A stretch of 64,000 nt of DNA from a virus. Its lineage: Duplodnaviria > Caudoviricetes. The DNA lies in IMG/VR virus record IMGVR_UViG_3300032220_000132, positions 207 to 64,206 of that record; one strand, 5' to 3'. The number at the start of each line of letters is the position of its first letter. The first letter of the stretch is position 1. Below the pieces are notes generated by a model. That model searched no databases and was not told the origin of the DNA. It was given only the letters and a program-made list of their open reading frames with translations. This document shows, in pieces, positions 30,601-39,263 of this stretch. The translations under genes and the position numbers were made by a program.

Positions 30601-33600
30601 ACAGTCATTCCTAAAGAGTTAGAAGGTTTAGGACTTGAAAGTTTGCTTGATGAATTAGATGCAGCATTAAATGGTAAAGCTCCAGAGGTAACAATTACAG
30701 AGCCGACCCCAGAAAACAGCGATGCTCGACTAGACAAGCAATCTCAAGAAGCAATGGATCGTATAGCGCAAAATGCAAAAAATACTAGCGATGATCCTAA
30801 CAGTGGACTGTATTCTAGAAAAGACGACCAAGAGTATGCCAATGTAAAACCAATTATTCAAAAAGTTTGGGAAGCTGTCGGACAAAAAATTACAGATACC
30901 AAACAACGTATTCAACAAGTTTATGATTTATTGGTTAAAAAATTTGGTGATTTAATTAAAGGTCATTTAAGAACCTATGTTAATGAACTAAGAAATACAG
31001 TACAAAGAAGACCTAAAAATCAAACTCCAGTACAGAGTGAGCCAATTGATACAGAATCAAGAGTTGTTTATTTAGGCAAGTCAAGGTTTTCAAGCGATGG
31101 CATTTACTTACCTCGTGCTCAATCACAGCATGCGTATACGGCTTTAGAAAACCTAGAGGCACAAGTTGGCAATATAGATGAATTTGTTGCCAAAGAATTA
31201 GGATACTCATCTATTGATCAAATGGCAAAGGGACTTGCTGGTTATCAAATCGATGCACTAGGTTTAGCAATTCAAGCTAACAAACTTGGAAAAGGTTTTA
31301 TTATTGGAGACGATACTGGCGTAGGTAAAGGCAGAACAGCTGCAGCCATGATTGTCTGGGCAAAGAAGCAAGGCAAAGTTCCAATCTTTGTTACCCTGAG
31401 TGATTCTTTATACACTGCAATGTATGCCGACTTAATTGCCATTGGTCATGGCGATATTCAAGTGGCAATGACTAATTCTGATTCCAAAATAATTAAGGAC
31501 GTTGGAGAAGGCAAAACTGAATTAGTTTTTGAAAACAAAAAAGGTGATAACGACAAGTTAATTAAATACATTACACAAAATAGAAAATTGCCTCCTGGCA
31601 AAGATGTTTTATTTACTGCATATTCTCAGTTAAATGGTGGCGTAGGATCTCCAGCAAGACAATCAGCAATAGCATCTCTAGTTGCAAGTGGAGATGCTGT
31701 ATTAATTATGGATGAAGCCCATAATGCCGCTGGTACGCCAAGCGACAAAGACTCAATGGGTCAAAATGCCTTCTTTATGTCTTTGCTAACGGGTGAAAAC
31801 TTATTGGGCAAAGGCGAGGAAGTGCCTGAAAGTTGGAAGCCACCGCCCACTGTTTACTTATCTGCTACGTTTGCAAAACGTCCAGATAACATGCCTTTGT
31901 ATATCCATACAAACTTACGTTATGCCGCAGACACTCCAGAAGATTTAACAGCCTTGTTTGGTAAAGGCGTTAAAACAGATGTGTTGCAACAAGTGTCTTC
32001 AGAGATGTTGGTAGAGTCTGGCTCAATGATACGCAGAGAAAGATCGTATGAAGGCGTAACGATGGAATTCGTTATTGATGACAAGAATACCGCAAGAGAT
32101 ACTAGAGAAGTTGACAAGGTTACAGAAATACTAAGATCTTTGGTTAATGCAGACCGAGCTTTTAAAGAGTGGATAAAAACTGAGGGCGGAAAGGACGCAG
32201 TAGTTAAGTTAGGTCCTCCAGGCTCGTATATGGGTAAAGTTGGACCAACAGCATTTAATGATACAAAATCTAATCCATTTACCTCTGTAGTGCATAACTA
32301 CATAGGATCGTTGCTGCTTTCAACTAAAACTCAAACTGCTGTAGACATGGTTGTTGACAAACTTAACAACAATGAAAAAGTAGTTGTTGGATTACAAAAC
32401 ACCAATGGCAGCGCATTAGAAGATTTTGTTGCACAAAACAACATTAAAAAAGGCGATGACATCCCTGACTTTGGATGGCAAACATTAATTAAACGTGCCG
32501 TAAAATCCACTACAAAAGTAACTTTAAAATCCGCTAGTGGCAATAAAGACATGGATCAGGTTGTATATGTTCCTTATGAACTAATGCCACCGAATATCCG
32601 AGCTGGATATGAGAACGTTGAAAATGCTTTAGAAAATTTCCAATCTGATTTACCAGCCGCACCAATTGATTTCATACGCACAGAGTTAGAACAGAAATAT
32701 GTATGGACTATTGATGGCAAAACCCACGTTGGAGACACACCGCCTAAAGGGGTAAAAGCAAGACACTTAGTTGTAAAAGAAATTACAGGCAGAAAGAACG
32801 GAATAGATTACTCTGGAGACGTACCAAAGTATGTAACGCTAGATAATCCTAGTCGTACAAGTATGATTTCGTCATATCAAAATGGCGAAGAATCTAAAAA
32901 TGGACCAATAGATGTACTGATAATTAACTCCGCAGGCGCAACTGGAATCTCGTTGCATGCCTCAGTAGATGCATTTGACCAGCGTCCACGGCACATGATT
33001 GTCTTACAGCCACATGGGGATATTAGCGTCTTCATTCAGTTGTTAGGAAGAATACATAGAACGGGTCAGGTTGAATGGCCTTCATTCACTATGTTAGCAA
33101 CTGGAATACCAGCTGAGAGACGAATCTTAGCCATGTTGCGTAAGAAATTGTCTAGCTTGAAGTCCAATACTTCTGGCGGATCTAGCAGTACAAAGGTTGA
33201 AGGCGTAGATTTTATTAATATGTATGGCGATGTAGCAACAGCCGAATACTTGAATGAACATCCAGACATACAAGCCTTTTTAAGTGTGCCTCAGTATTCA
33301 GATCCTGCCGAAGCCGCTGGTTCTGACTTGGCTCACAAAGCGTCAGGCACAGCAGGATTGCTATCTTCGGCAGACCAAAAAGAGTTCTTTGACTCTATTG
33401 AAGCCAGTTATATAGCGGAAATAGATTTAAGGAATGCTACAGGAACTAATGCATTAGAAAGAAGGGTATTGCCATTAGAAGCTGAAATTATCAAAGAAAA
33501 CTTAATCGAAGAGGGTTTAGATAGTTCCAATCCATTCTTAACTGATGTAGTAATGGCACAGTTTAACGTGGATATTATTGGCTCAATACCTACTGTACAA

Positions 33601-36600
33601 AACATAAAAGATGACATCAGTTTTGCATTAAACGGCAAGACAGCGCAGGACGTTGTTAATGAAATAGAGACAGATTTAAACAGCGTCTATATTGAAGTAA
33701 GAAATCAAATTGTTCTTAAACAGCAAGCGCTTGATGAAGCTATAAAAAATCCAACAGCTACTGAAAAAGATATAGCAGAGTTAAATAAGCAAAAAATAGC
33801 GTTAGACAATCAATTTGCCACATTAAATGAACGTAAAGATAAAACGCTACAGGCACTAAGCAACACCTTTGCAATTGGAACTGGCTTTGAATCTTTTATA
33901 GTTAACAGTGTTCCATCCGCTGCTGTAGTTATAGGAATAAAGGTAGATAAAGCACGGATAGGTAAATCCAAAACTGGTAATCCTTATTCACCATCAAACT
34001 TCCAAGTTATTATCAAACGAAATATTCCTGAAGGTAGGATATCTCCAACCTTGGCAACATTGGAAGGTACATCAATTGAGCGATCTAGTCCTTGGACAAA
34101 CCCTCCTCTAGAAGATTGGTTTGCCTTAAAGTCGGTTACTGGTGGAAGAACAACTAGATATATAGCCTTAGGAAACATACTAAAAGCTGCTCAATTGTTT
34201 GGTCCTAGTGGCGGTGAAATTGCTAAATTTACTTTGCAAAATAGCAAAGAAGCAATATCTGGCGTAGTCATGCCATCTAAGTATGTGCCAGTGGCAATTA
34301 GCGAACAAGCGGTTCGGTTAAGAAACCCAGAAGCAGCAGTTCAATATTTGCTGGCTATGTGGGACAGCATAGTACAGAAAAAATATAACGATACTCAAAT
34401 TGAATCATATAAAGAATTAAGTGATACCTTAAAACCTTTAATGATTCCTAATTTGCCAAACCCTTTTGATGGAGAAAAGACTAGTACAAATGCTGTTATA
34501 TTGCGTGGCTCAGCACAAACATGGCAGTTGCGGATTGATCCGTATCGACCAAATAACTTTAAAGTAATTATTGCAGGAGATGTTCCAAAGAAATTAATAA
34601 CTGCACCAATACTTAAAACGTTAATTCCAGGTGGCCTTGCCAAAAAAGGTAACAAAGCATATGAGATGTCTGGCGGTGATTCATTAACAGATCCACAAAA
34701 AATAATATTGTTAGTCAAGTTCTTACATAAAAATTACCCAGCGACAGTAGAAGCAGATAGCGCTAAGTTTGCTCGTGAAGTAATGAAAGTGGAGTTTGAC
34801 TATAGTGAAAGTAAGAAAGGTTTAGCATCACGGGGTCCTGCAGAGGGCGGTCAAACGGTTGAAGCTGTTCAAGCACAGATTGTTCCTATAAAAGGAATTA
34901 CAGTTAACGTTCTTCAATCAGTTGATGAATTGCCAGACAATACTGCGCCAGCTGACGTAGAAGGTATGTGGCTTTCGGGCAGAACTGTTTACTTAATTGC
35001 AGATAACCTACCAAATGCAAAAAGAGTACAGGAAGTATTAGCGCATGAGGCTGTTGGTCACGCTCTTTTAGAAGAGATGTTGGGACCAAAGCTGATGGCA
35101 GAATTGGTTAGAAATGTCCAAAACTTAGAAAAGACTTCTAGCCTTGTTAAGGAAATAGCCGCCAAAGTAGATCGTACACAGCCTGGCTTATCGCCAGAGC
35201 GAAGAGCCAAAGAAATCGTAGCAAACATGGCAGAGCGTGGCATGTACAAAATAGGTCTAGTACAGCGTGTTATTCAAGCCATTCGCAATTGGTTGAGAAG
35301 CCAAGGGTATACGATTAGCTTCTCTGATAGGGATATTGTTGAACTATTAAACTTTGCCGAAAACTACTTTGATCGTAAAGAAGCAGTCCGCTTTCCATCT
35401 TTACAACCTGCACCAGCAAAGACTCAAGCAGAGATCAATAGAGAGCGTCAACAACAAAAGCGGGAAAAGGCTGCTGGGTACTTCAGTAGAGAAGGCGAAG
35501 GCAAGAACACTGAAGACTTTGACAAGCAATTTGCTGAAGATGGCTTTAACAACACTCCAATTAGGTCTTCATCTACAGTAAAGGACACTTTACTTGGCGG
35601 TGCAAAACAGGCAAAGCAGGCTTACGACAACACTATAGATGCTCCAGCCATGGCATATAAAGCCATGAGTGGCAAGCTCTTGCGTGGCATTACCTATGTC
35701 CGTAATAAGAACATCTGGTATGGTGCTGGTTTGGAATTGGCTGAGAAAATCAACCAAAAGGCAGCTGGTTTATCTGGCAAGCTGCGTGATGGTCAAGGTA
35801 GAGCCATGGCTTCTATTGCCATTACCAATGCCTTACACGCTGGCAATATTGCCGTAGATGTTATTAGACAGGGCTCATTGGCGTTTAATAGAGATAGCCA
35901 GATGTTCCAAGCAATTAAACGACCATTCTCTATGGCTAACGTAATCATTGAAAAATCAAAGTTGATAGCTAGAGTTGGTGAACAACGTGCCCACGACATG
36001 ATTCAAATGTACTTTGAAGCCAAGCGCTCCAAGAGCATTAATGACGAATTCCAGAAAATAGAAGAGGAAATTGCTCGTTTAGATAAAGAGCGCCTTTCAC
36101 CAGGACTAGACAACGATCAGCTCAATCAAATTCTTAATGACCTTTTAAATGCCAAGCAGGACTTGAAGCAGATTGGTATTGCGAAAAAGAAGGTTCGCAT
36201 GACCGAAAAGCAGATAGATTTTTACAGAAAACTAGATGAAAAGCATCCAGAACTAGGCAAGATGATGGAGAACTGGACCAAAGTCAATCAAAACATGATT
36301 GACATGATGTTGTTTAGCAAAATCATCAGCAGTAAACGTGCAGAACGGCTTAAGAGCATTGAGGATTATGTTCCTTGGTATCGTATCCAAGATGATATGG
36401 AAGACGTTCACGATACAAGCACCATGGGTAGTGTGCGTAGCAATACTAATATTGCCAAAGAAAAGAAATTCAAGGATACCGAAGTAAATAAGGATATTGA
36501 TGACATTGTGGATAACATGCTCCACAACGTTATGACTATTACCCGTAACTCTATGCGTAACTACGCTGCCAACCGTGTAGTTGATTCTTTTGCAACCCGT

Positions 36601-38343
36601 GTTAAAGGAAAAATAGCAGTCTTTCCAAAAGAAGGACCCACAACAAATGGCGCAGTTCGATTAAACATCTTACGCAATGGTCGCAGAATCATCGTTGAAA
36701 TCAAGGATCCATTGATTGCCGAGTCCGTAACAGGTATGGAAGATGTTGCTATTCCTGGCATGGATGTCCTCGGTATGGCTGCAAACGGATTACGCAGAGG
36801 TATTACGTTATGGCCTGCGTTCCAAATAAGACAGCTATTTATGGATGCCCCAACAGCTGCTCTGGTTTCTGGAGTAAAGAACCCAACTAAGCTCTGGGGA
36901 GAAGTATTTGGTGGTTTTATAAAGTCAGTAAAAAAGGATGATCCTATAGTTGAGCTCTTACGGTCCTATGGAATAGGTGGATATCAGTCCTATACCAGAA
37001 CTGCAGAAATGGAACTGAAACAAAGGATTGGCTTAATTGAAAAGAACAAGTTTGATTGGTTGATGAGTAAATTAGATCAAATTGGAGATGCCTCAGATAT
37101 GGCGCAGCGTGTGGCTATATACAATCGTGTTTTGGCTGAGACTAAATCTGACGAATTTCCTAATGGCGATCAGATGCAAGCCCTTATATCTGCCAACAAC
37201 ATTATTGACTTCAAAAAACGTGGCTCAGGTCGTTTAGCCCAGTTCCTAACCAGAACTGTATCCTTTATGAACGCCTATGCCCAGCAGATTGACGTGCTGG
37301 CATTGACAATCGCTGGTTCTGGGTACACTGGCAAGAGCAAATCAGACGCCTATGTGCAGTTAGCCAAGACAGCAGTGCTGTTCTCTTTCTACGTCATGCT
37401 CTATTCATGGGCAGTTGGTGGAGAAGATGACTACGAAGAACTAGATGATCAGACAAAACTGCGTAATCTTTATATTCCAAAGGCGCTGACCAAACAAATT
37501 GGCATGGACAACGGTTTATTAATTCCAATGCACACATCGGCTAGTTTCTTCTTTAAGTCAATTCCAGAGCTAACCTATAACACAGTAATGAAAGAGGGAA
37601 CAGAAAATGAAATTGATGGCGCTCGTCTTCGTAAAGCCCTTGCCGAAGCTGCTATAGACTCATTATTAGGTCCTAACCCAGTGCCAACTGGTATCAAACC
37701 AGGTTTTGAGATTTTGCTCAATAGAAACTTCTTTACTGGTGGCACAGTAACTCCTAAAGGTATGGAAGACCTAGATGCTGTTGAGCAATACACCGCATCA
37801 ACCTCTGAGCTTGGCAAGATTCTTAGCGCTATAACTAACATCCCATTCACCGATAAGCGTATTCTTAACCCAATTGAGGCAGATCACCTAGTTCGTGGTT
37901 TATTTGGAACTACTGGTGCAGCTGTCCAGTGGGGTAGCAATATATTCTCTGGTGATCGCCCAACCGCTACAGCTAGACAGAATCCGCTGTATGGCTCGTT
38001 TATTGCCCCTGATGTAGCCCGTGGTAATGAGGAACTGTTCTATGACTTTAAGAGTAAGGTTGATAACAAGTACGAAACCTATATGAAGCTCTTAGAGCGT
38101 GATAAGGCAGATGAGGCTGATAGGTACTACAACAAGCATGCTGACCTGATCTCAGCCCGTGACTATGTGACTGGCATGGAAGTAGCCTTGCGTGACTTAA
38201 ACCGCCAGATTCGTAACACTGGTGAGGTAAAGGACAAGAGTTTCACGCCTGATCAACGTAGACAGGAGATCACTGATCTACAGCGCTCTAAGCAGGAGCT
38301 GCTAGAAGGGATTATCCAGATGCGCTTGGACTCTGGACTGTAA
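24691..38343 (+). CDS. Giant (4550 aa) polyvalent ejection protein: LPD1-like/zincin, N6-adenine methyltransferase, strawberry-notch SF2 helicase, metallopeptidase, LPD38-like C-terminus
   Basis: FGNWV...GHEWQHALD (~28290), YWSTPVELLSRSFE; VLDPTGGNG + NPPF (~29530-29735); GDDTGVGKG, DEAH, AGATGISLHA (~31300-32960); LAHEAVGH (~35040). Confidence 0.85.
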   Translation: MAIKPENVNPFAKYVEEPAEAPPENPFAKYLQISQLEEATKKYEEEVPFLQRVTDPLQAGIARIPGILPGLEVSAIQKQINAIREGKGGPRDPITGESLPFQPEEADAAIKMLQAQQSEAQKKVMAAQAEAGKYQTRPAVAALGNAKTAREAFDLFQVDPLGVMSSVSLESLPQMGPALILGAVTRNPTVGALAMGSTSFAGELSSGITEYFQDKGVDVKNPVAVNKALNDPVLFAEAYNHALTRASIIAPLDAASAGLASKMLVPKQVIKNQFAKEALNIGVAQPVAQMISGAGGEALAQLATEGEITKPGQVLMEAAGEGPSSVLETAAFGGKEAYDRLKASQPPAPPVPPAPTVTGAPPAVPPAAPTDLAPTVEEDDLAPSAIVPPSVVAPLAGMVSTEGLDPAIAQQVESLKAELLMIENRRTDPTRNVSEMELEFLAQREAEVAKEITALLTPKAPETLVTPVTPEAPVTPPVTPPVAQLDLIGRLQEFGEVIESRQDAETRFSNGEQIYAFSEQDEQPFLIRNIDEISAYTPDRLLALPAAVAEEVTTEPEVATTNQVFSNDGLQIFAGKNKEGTFVATKGNLGDGTEKTLLLDKDGNTFWGDRKESINPTTGERTIVGADKDATPATFATAKEARSAGERTLEAVPAVEETPAEPTKEEQIAINKARQEEQRAAAEAEKAEKEKAEKEKAPTEEEIAKPTGGPAIGGPAAPTGGPAAPKKVAPTEEEKKEKEEEKKAKEEEKKAREEEKKAKEEEKAQKEEQKKKIAELNTNPMKVAMETGNADAVATLLYGHAVDENLHPVIFPEEMLLRIPVETTLLSQIEDQLVKNKFRITDRAVPAKTDDPSYVGPERITISALYNPEKVSIQGGGAEFFNNRKGQITAAPLPKDATEKQKDALVTELLDLANPKKLLDIQSNPKNTFGALMFKEGLVSKIKSPGDYLFELINLNARAGGQFNTYIPSKAGNRQAIKLVIDDGKEQLVRKLLVDYVTSLQTLQAVINEHSNVTPLYDALVAKYVKDENADRIPDIYTPEGVDLRNKIEDVRLYQYIPRLFLLFSLDENSTDQTNRIVKKDAETPPELGNIIRRGMRDHRQGRDVDVQDFLQTFKFLPGGIDFGNWVNQSERAAHLNAIYDAMYDLADIAGIAPEMLGLNEKLKLAVGAQGRGGKTAAWFVPQYNEINLTKTKGDGTLGHEWQHALDWNLRTSANGKVLMADTAHTLQNMITVERVENNLRSILTNTANSENNRNTPPKKAFFNAISNSRYGEADIYRSSFTDTQFYKDALELDRGRDKPYWSTPVELLSRSFESLIYDLSKGGSPYLVGPTVADGYVSKKNGYLGTTYPAGKERPVINQIYQQMLDQIDPKTLEIKTYKIENQIIAVEELGYAVVDQYYLDRGRLGGLNWFKTKEEAKEAKEQRDGTEAILTPRLMQISKVNQSIINMAQRIDAIMDEMGLFKWPEIKNGSMAESMFYHMRQGWWPKNNRELAEYGIKAYLQAPELLGFNPAKNQREIDNYKIADFEGDRVKLKQTQEDFEAAAVRFISQVITDMRSEGSDTKAIYDHIVGLYQNQPTLDVKSVLSVSNNAYSTPLPIAYLAGMLSRVKSTTTVLDPTGGNGMLVVTANPKNVTTIEIDPHRVNNLELMQIGDVIEGDALVKIKDIQDQKVDVVLTNPPFGSLPTPVDVKSWTGQNYKIGAIDQLIAAESLRTMANDGRAVLILGSHVKPNTITSTDRVFLNWLYGNYNVADHFEIAGNLYRKQGASFPLRVLVIAGRNQTDNVFPNDFVVNRINSFDELWSRYVQASDRSEQVVVGTRKLRGPAGGADRTTRTVPTGDNLQDGETSGGMGRTGEGAGIGEQLPPTGGVNVPPSASGRGTAGGVRDTEQQQDSGEDQRGRPRGGEPSTAERSDISGEESSTELGGLSDLELDDIFNSLGKKPKTGTTTPKGEPKGVRGPRAPKGAAKTKTVIPKELEGLGLESLLDELDAALNGKAPEVTITEPTPENSDARLDKQSQEAMDRIAQNAKNTSDDPNSGLYSRKDDQEYANVKPIIQKVWEAVGQKITDTKQRIQQVYDLLVKKFGDLIKGHLRTYVNELRNTVQRRPKNQTPVQSEPIDTESRVVYLGKSRFSSDGIYLPRAQSQHAYTALENLEAQVGNIDEFVAKELGYSSIDQMAKGLAGYQIDALGLAIQANKLGKGFIIGDDTGVGKGRTAAAMIVWAKKQGKVPIFVTLSDSLYTAMYADLIAIGHGDIQVAMTNSDSKIIKDVGEGKTELVFENKKGDNDKLIKYITQNRKLPPGKDVLFTAYSQLNGGVGSPARQSAIASLVASGDAVLIMDEAHNAAGTPSDKDSMGQNAFFMSLLTGENLLGKGEEVPESWKPPPTVYLSATFAKRPDNMPLYIHTNLRYAADTPEDLTALFGKGVKTDVLQQVSSEMLVESGSMIRRERSYEGVTMEFVIDDKNTARDTREVDKVTEILRSLVNADRAFKEWIKTEGGKDAVVKLGPPGSYMGKVGPTAFNDTKSNPFTSVVHNYIGSLLLSTKTQTAVDMVVDKLNNNEKVVVGLQNTNGSALEDFVAQNNIKKGDDIPDFGWQTLIKRAVKSTTKVTLKSASGNKDMDQVVYVPYELMPPNIRAGYENVENALENFQSDLPAAPIDFIRTELEQKYVWTIDGKTHVGDTPPKGVKARHLVVKEITGRKNGIDYSGDVPKYVTLDNPSRTSMISSYQNGEESKNGPIDVLIINSAGATGISLHASVDAFDQRPRHMIVLQPHGDISVFIQLLGRIHRTGQVEWPSFTMLATGIPAERRILAMLRKKLSSLKSNTSGGSSSTKVEGVDFINMYGDVATAEYLNEHPDIQAFLSVPQYSDPAEAAGSDLAHKASGTAGLLSSADQKEFFDSIEASYIAEIDLRNATGTNALERRVLPLEAEIIKENLIEEGLDSSNPFLTDVVMAQFNVDIIGSIPTVQNIKDDISFALNGKTAQDVVNEIETDLNSVYIEVRNQIVLKQQALDEAIKNPTATEKDIAELNKQKIALDNQFATLNERKDKTLQALSNTFAIGTGFESFIVNSVPSAAVVIGIKVDKARIGKSKTGNPYSPSNFQVIIKRNIPEGRISPTLATLEGTSIERSSPWTNPPLEDWFALKSVTGGRTTRYIALGNILKAAQLFGPSGGEIAKFTLQNSKEAISGVVMPSKYVPVAISEQAVRLRNPEAAVQYLLAMWDSIVQKKYNDTQIESYKELSDTLKPLMIPNLPNPFDGEKTSTNAVILRGSAQTWQLRIDPYRPNNFKVIIAGDVPKKLITAPILKTLIPGGLAKKGNKAYEMSGGDSLTDPQKIILLVKFLHKNYPATVEADSAKFAREVMKVEFDYSESKKGLASRGPAEGGQTVEAVQAQIVPIKGITVNVLQSVDELPDNTAPADVEGMWLSGRTVYLIADNLPNAKRVQEVLAHEAVGHALLEEMLGPKLMAELVRNVQNLEKTSSLVKEIAAKVDRTQPGLSPERRAKEIVANMAERGMYKIGLVQRVIQAIRNWLRSQGYTISFSDRDIVELLNFAENYFDRKEAVRFPSLQPAPAKTQAEINRERQQQKREKAAGYFSREGEGKNTEDFDKQFAEDGFNNTPIRSSSTVKDTLLGGAKQAKQAYDNTIDAPAMAYKAMSGKLLRGITYVRNKNIWYGAGLELAEKINQKAAGLSGKLRDGQGRAMASIAITNALHAGNIAVDVIRQGSLAFNRDSQMFQAIKRPFSMANVIIEKSKLIARVGEQRAHDMIQMYFEAKRSKSINDEFQKIEEEIARLDKERLSPGLDNDQLNQILNDLLNAKQDLKQIGIAKKKVRMTEKQIDFYRKLDEKHPELGKMMENWTKVNQNMIDMMLFSKIISSKRAERLKSIEDYVPWYRIQDDMEDVHDTSTMGSVRSNTNIAKEKKFKDTEVNKDIDDIVDNMLHNVMTITRNSMRNYAANRVVDSFATRVKGKIAVFPKEGPTTNGAVRLNILRNGRRIIVEIKDPLIAESVTGMEDVAIPGMDVLGMAANGLRRGITLWPAFQIRQLFMDAPTAALVSGVKNPTKLWGEVFGGFIKSVKKDDPIVELLRSYGIGGYQSYTRTAEMELKQRIGLIEKNKFDWLMSKLDQIGDASDMAQRVAIYNRVLAETKSDEFPNGDQMQALISANNIIDFKKRGSGRLAQFLTRTVSFMNAYAQQIDVLALTIAGSGYTGKSKSDAYVQLAKTAVLFSFYVMLYSWAVGGEDDYEELDDQTKLRNLYIPKALTKQIGMDNGLLIPMHTSASFFFKSIPELTYNTVMKEGTENEIDGARLRKALAEAAIDSLLGPNPVPTGIKPGFEILLNRNFFTGGTVTPKGMEDLDAVEQYTASTSELGKILSAITNIPFTDKRILNPIEADHLVRGLFGTTGAAVQWGSNIFSGDRPTATARQNPLYGSFIAPDVARGNEELFYDFKSKVDNKYETYMKLLERDKADEADRYYNKHADLISARDYVTGMEVALRDLNRQIRNTGEVKDKSFTPDQRRQEITDLQRSKQELLEGIIQMRLDSGL
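30104..30481 (+). CDS. Nested out-of-frame gene (125 aa) inside giant protein
   Basis: GGAG 30095-30098, 5 nt, then ATG 30104; globular-looking product, while the host frame is a low-complexity G/R/T/E linker. Confidence 0.65.
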   Translation: MFKPVIVANKSWWVPENYGDLLAVQIEQPEQYQQAIISKMAKLAEEWGGLERALASANNYLRQEGSTYLPVPVDVEQLVEFVIQNNSRIAEKINEGDPEVANPAPQKEAIYLVKNQALNWEDFLT

Positions 38344-38371
38344 AAAAAAGGGGGGTGTTCTAAGCCCCCCA
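38342..38371 (-). terminator. Terminator between convergent genes
   Basis: gggggg...cccccc stem with an A8 tract on the left (U tract on - strand). Confidence 0.65.
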
Positions 38372-38403
38372 AAACGTGAAGAAGCCACATTGCTGCGGCA
38401 TCT

Positions 38404-38742
38404 TCATTTTATCTCGACTACTATCTTTCCGAGTGGCTCATCGCTAAATTTAAAGGTGGGTAGGAAGCGTTTATCGTTGACCTTTAGGGCATCGGCTACC
38501 CCATCCAAGCCAGCCTTTATAGAAGCCACCATATTGTCTGCATCCCTATGCCGTCTATCTGGGGGGTAGAAGGTTATGTGGATGTCAATCTTGCCCTCCC
38601 CTGAGGGCGCTGTTAGCTTTTGAGACAGCGCTAAAGCCCAGCAAGTCTGCCGATAGGACTTCTTAAACTTCATCTTCTTAGCCCAGTGCAACGTGGCGTT
38701 AGGAGATAGTTCTTTTGGCGGGTATGGTAATTCTATTTTCAT
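38404..38742 (-). CDS. rusA: RusA-like Holliday junction resolvase
   Basis: LPYPP..LSPN; ITFYPPDRRHRDADN...KAGLDGVAD...NDK. Confidence 0.8.
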   Translation of the reverse strand: MKIELPYPPKELSPNATLHWAKKMKFKKSYRQTCWALALSQKLTAPSGEGKIDIHITFYPPDRRHRDADNMVASIKAGLDGVADALKVNDKRFLPTFKFSDEPLGKIVVEIK

Positions 38743-38760
38743 CTAAGTGTTTTCCCTATG

Positions 38761-38783
38761 TCACTATAACACTGTTATAGTGA
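38761..38783. promoter_or_regulatory. 23-bp palindrome (operator-like)
   Basis: tcactataaca-c-tgttatagtga, lying over the predicted start of the leftward rusA promoter (ttgtac-18-tatatt). Confidence 0.6.
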
Positions 38784-38818
38784 GAATATAGCACATGAAT
38801 TATATTGGGTACAACCTA

Positions 38819-38847
38819 TTGACATACCCAAAACTCTGATACATACT
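38819..38847 (+). promoter_or_regulatory. Sigma70 promoter of recombination operon
   Basis: TTGACA-17-CATACT. Confidence 0.7.
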
Positions 38848-38877
38848 TGAGTCTAGTTTAACTGCTAGGAGAACTAA

Positions 38878-39105
38878 ATGAAAACAATTCCGTACACCAC
38901 TTCCAAAGGCATTCAGATTGGCTGTCGCTATAACGAATCCCCAAAGCCCATGCCCATCGATGATGAGGACATGATCTATATCCAAAGCCTGTTTATATTT
39001 CCCCCAGAGTGGCATCGCCAACGCAATCTAGAGCGTTTAGTGCTGCTCTCTTGTACTGGGTTTGTCATGCTTCTTGGCATTGTTTTATTGATGACAAGCA
39101 AATGA
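38878..39105 (+). CDS. Hypothetical membrane-anchored protein
   Basis: Leader aactgctaggag; TTSKGIQIGCRY motif; C-terminal TM helix. Confidence 0.7.
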   Translation: MKTIPYTTSKGIQIGCRYNESPKPMPIDDEDMIYIQSLFIFPPEWHRQRNLERLVLLSCTGFVMLLGIVLLMTSK

Positions 39106-39263
39106 GAAAGGGATGGAAGACTCGCATGGATGAGCGCAGATACTTTGAGGAAAAGAAAGAAGAAAGAGACCAGAAGCTCCAGTTCTTTCGCATGATGCGC
39201 CAACATATGTACGAACAAATGCAAGCTGAATTAGCTACAAGGAAAAAACATGAAATTAACTAA
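39102..39263 (+). CDS. Hypothetical protein
   Basis: ATGA overlap, fills operon gap. Confidence 0.5.
   Translation: MRKGWKTRMDERRYFEEKKEERDQKLQFFRMMRQHMYEQMQAELATRKKHEIN

Noticed and set aside
25071-37850. Many minus-strand and short plus-strand ORFs over the giant gene (e.g. 26456, 35354)
   Set aside because: Antisense or frame shadows lacking RBS or protein-like composition.
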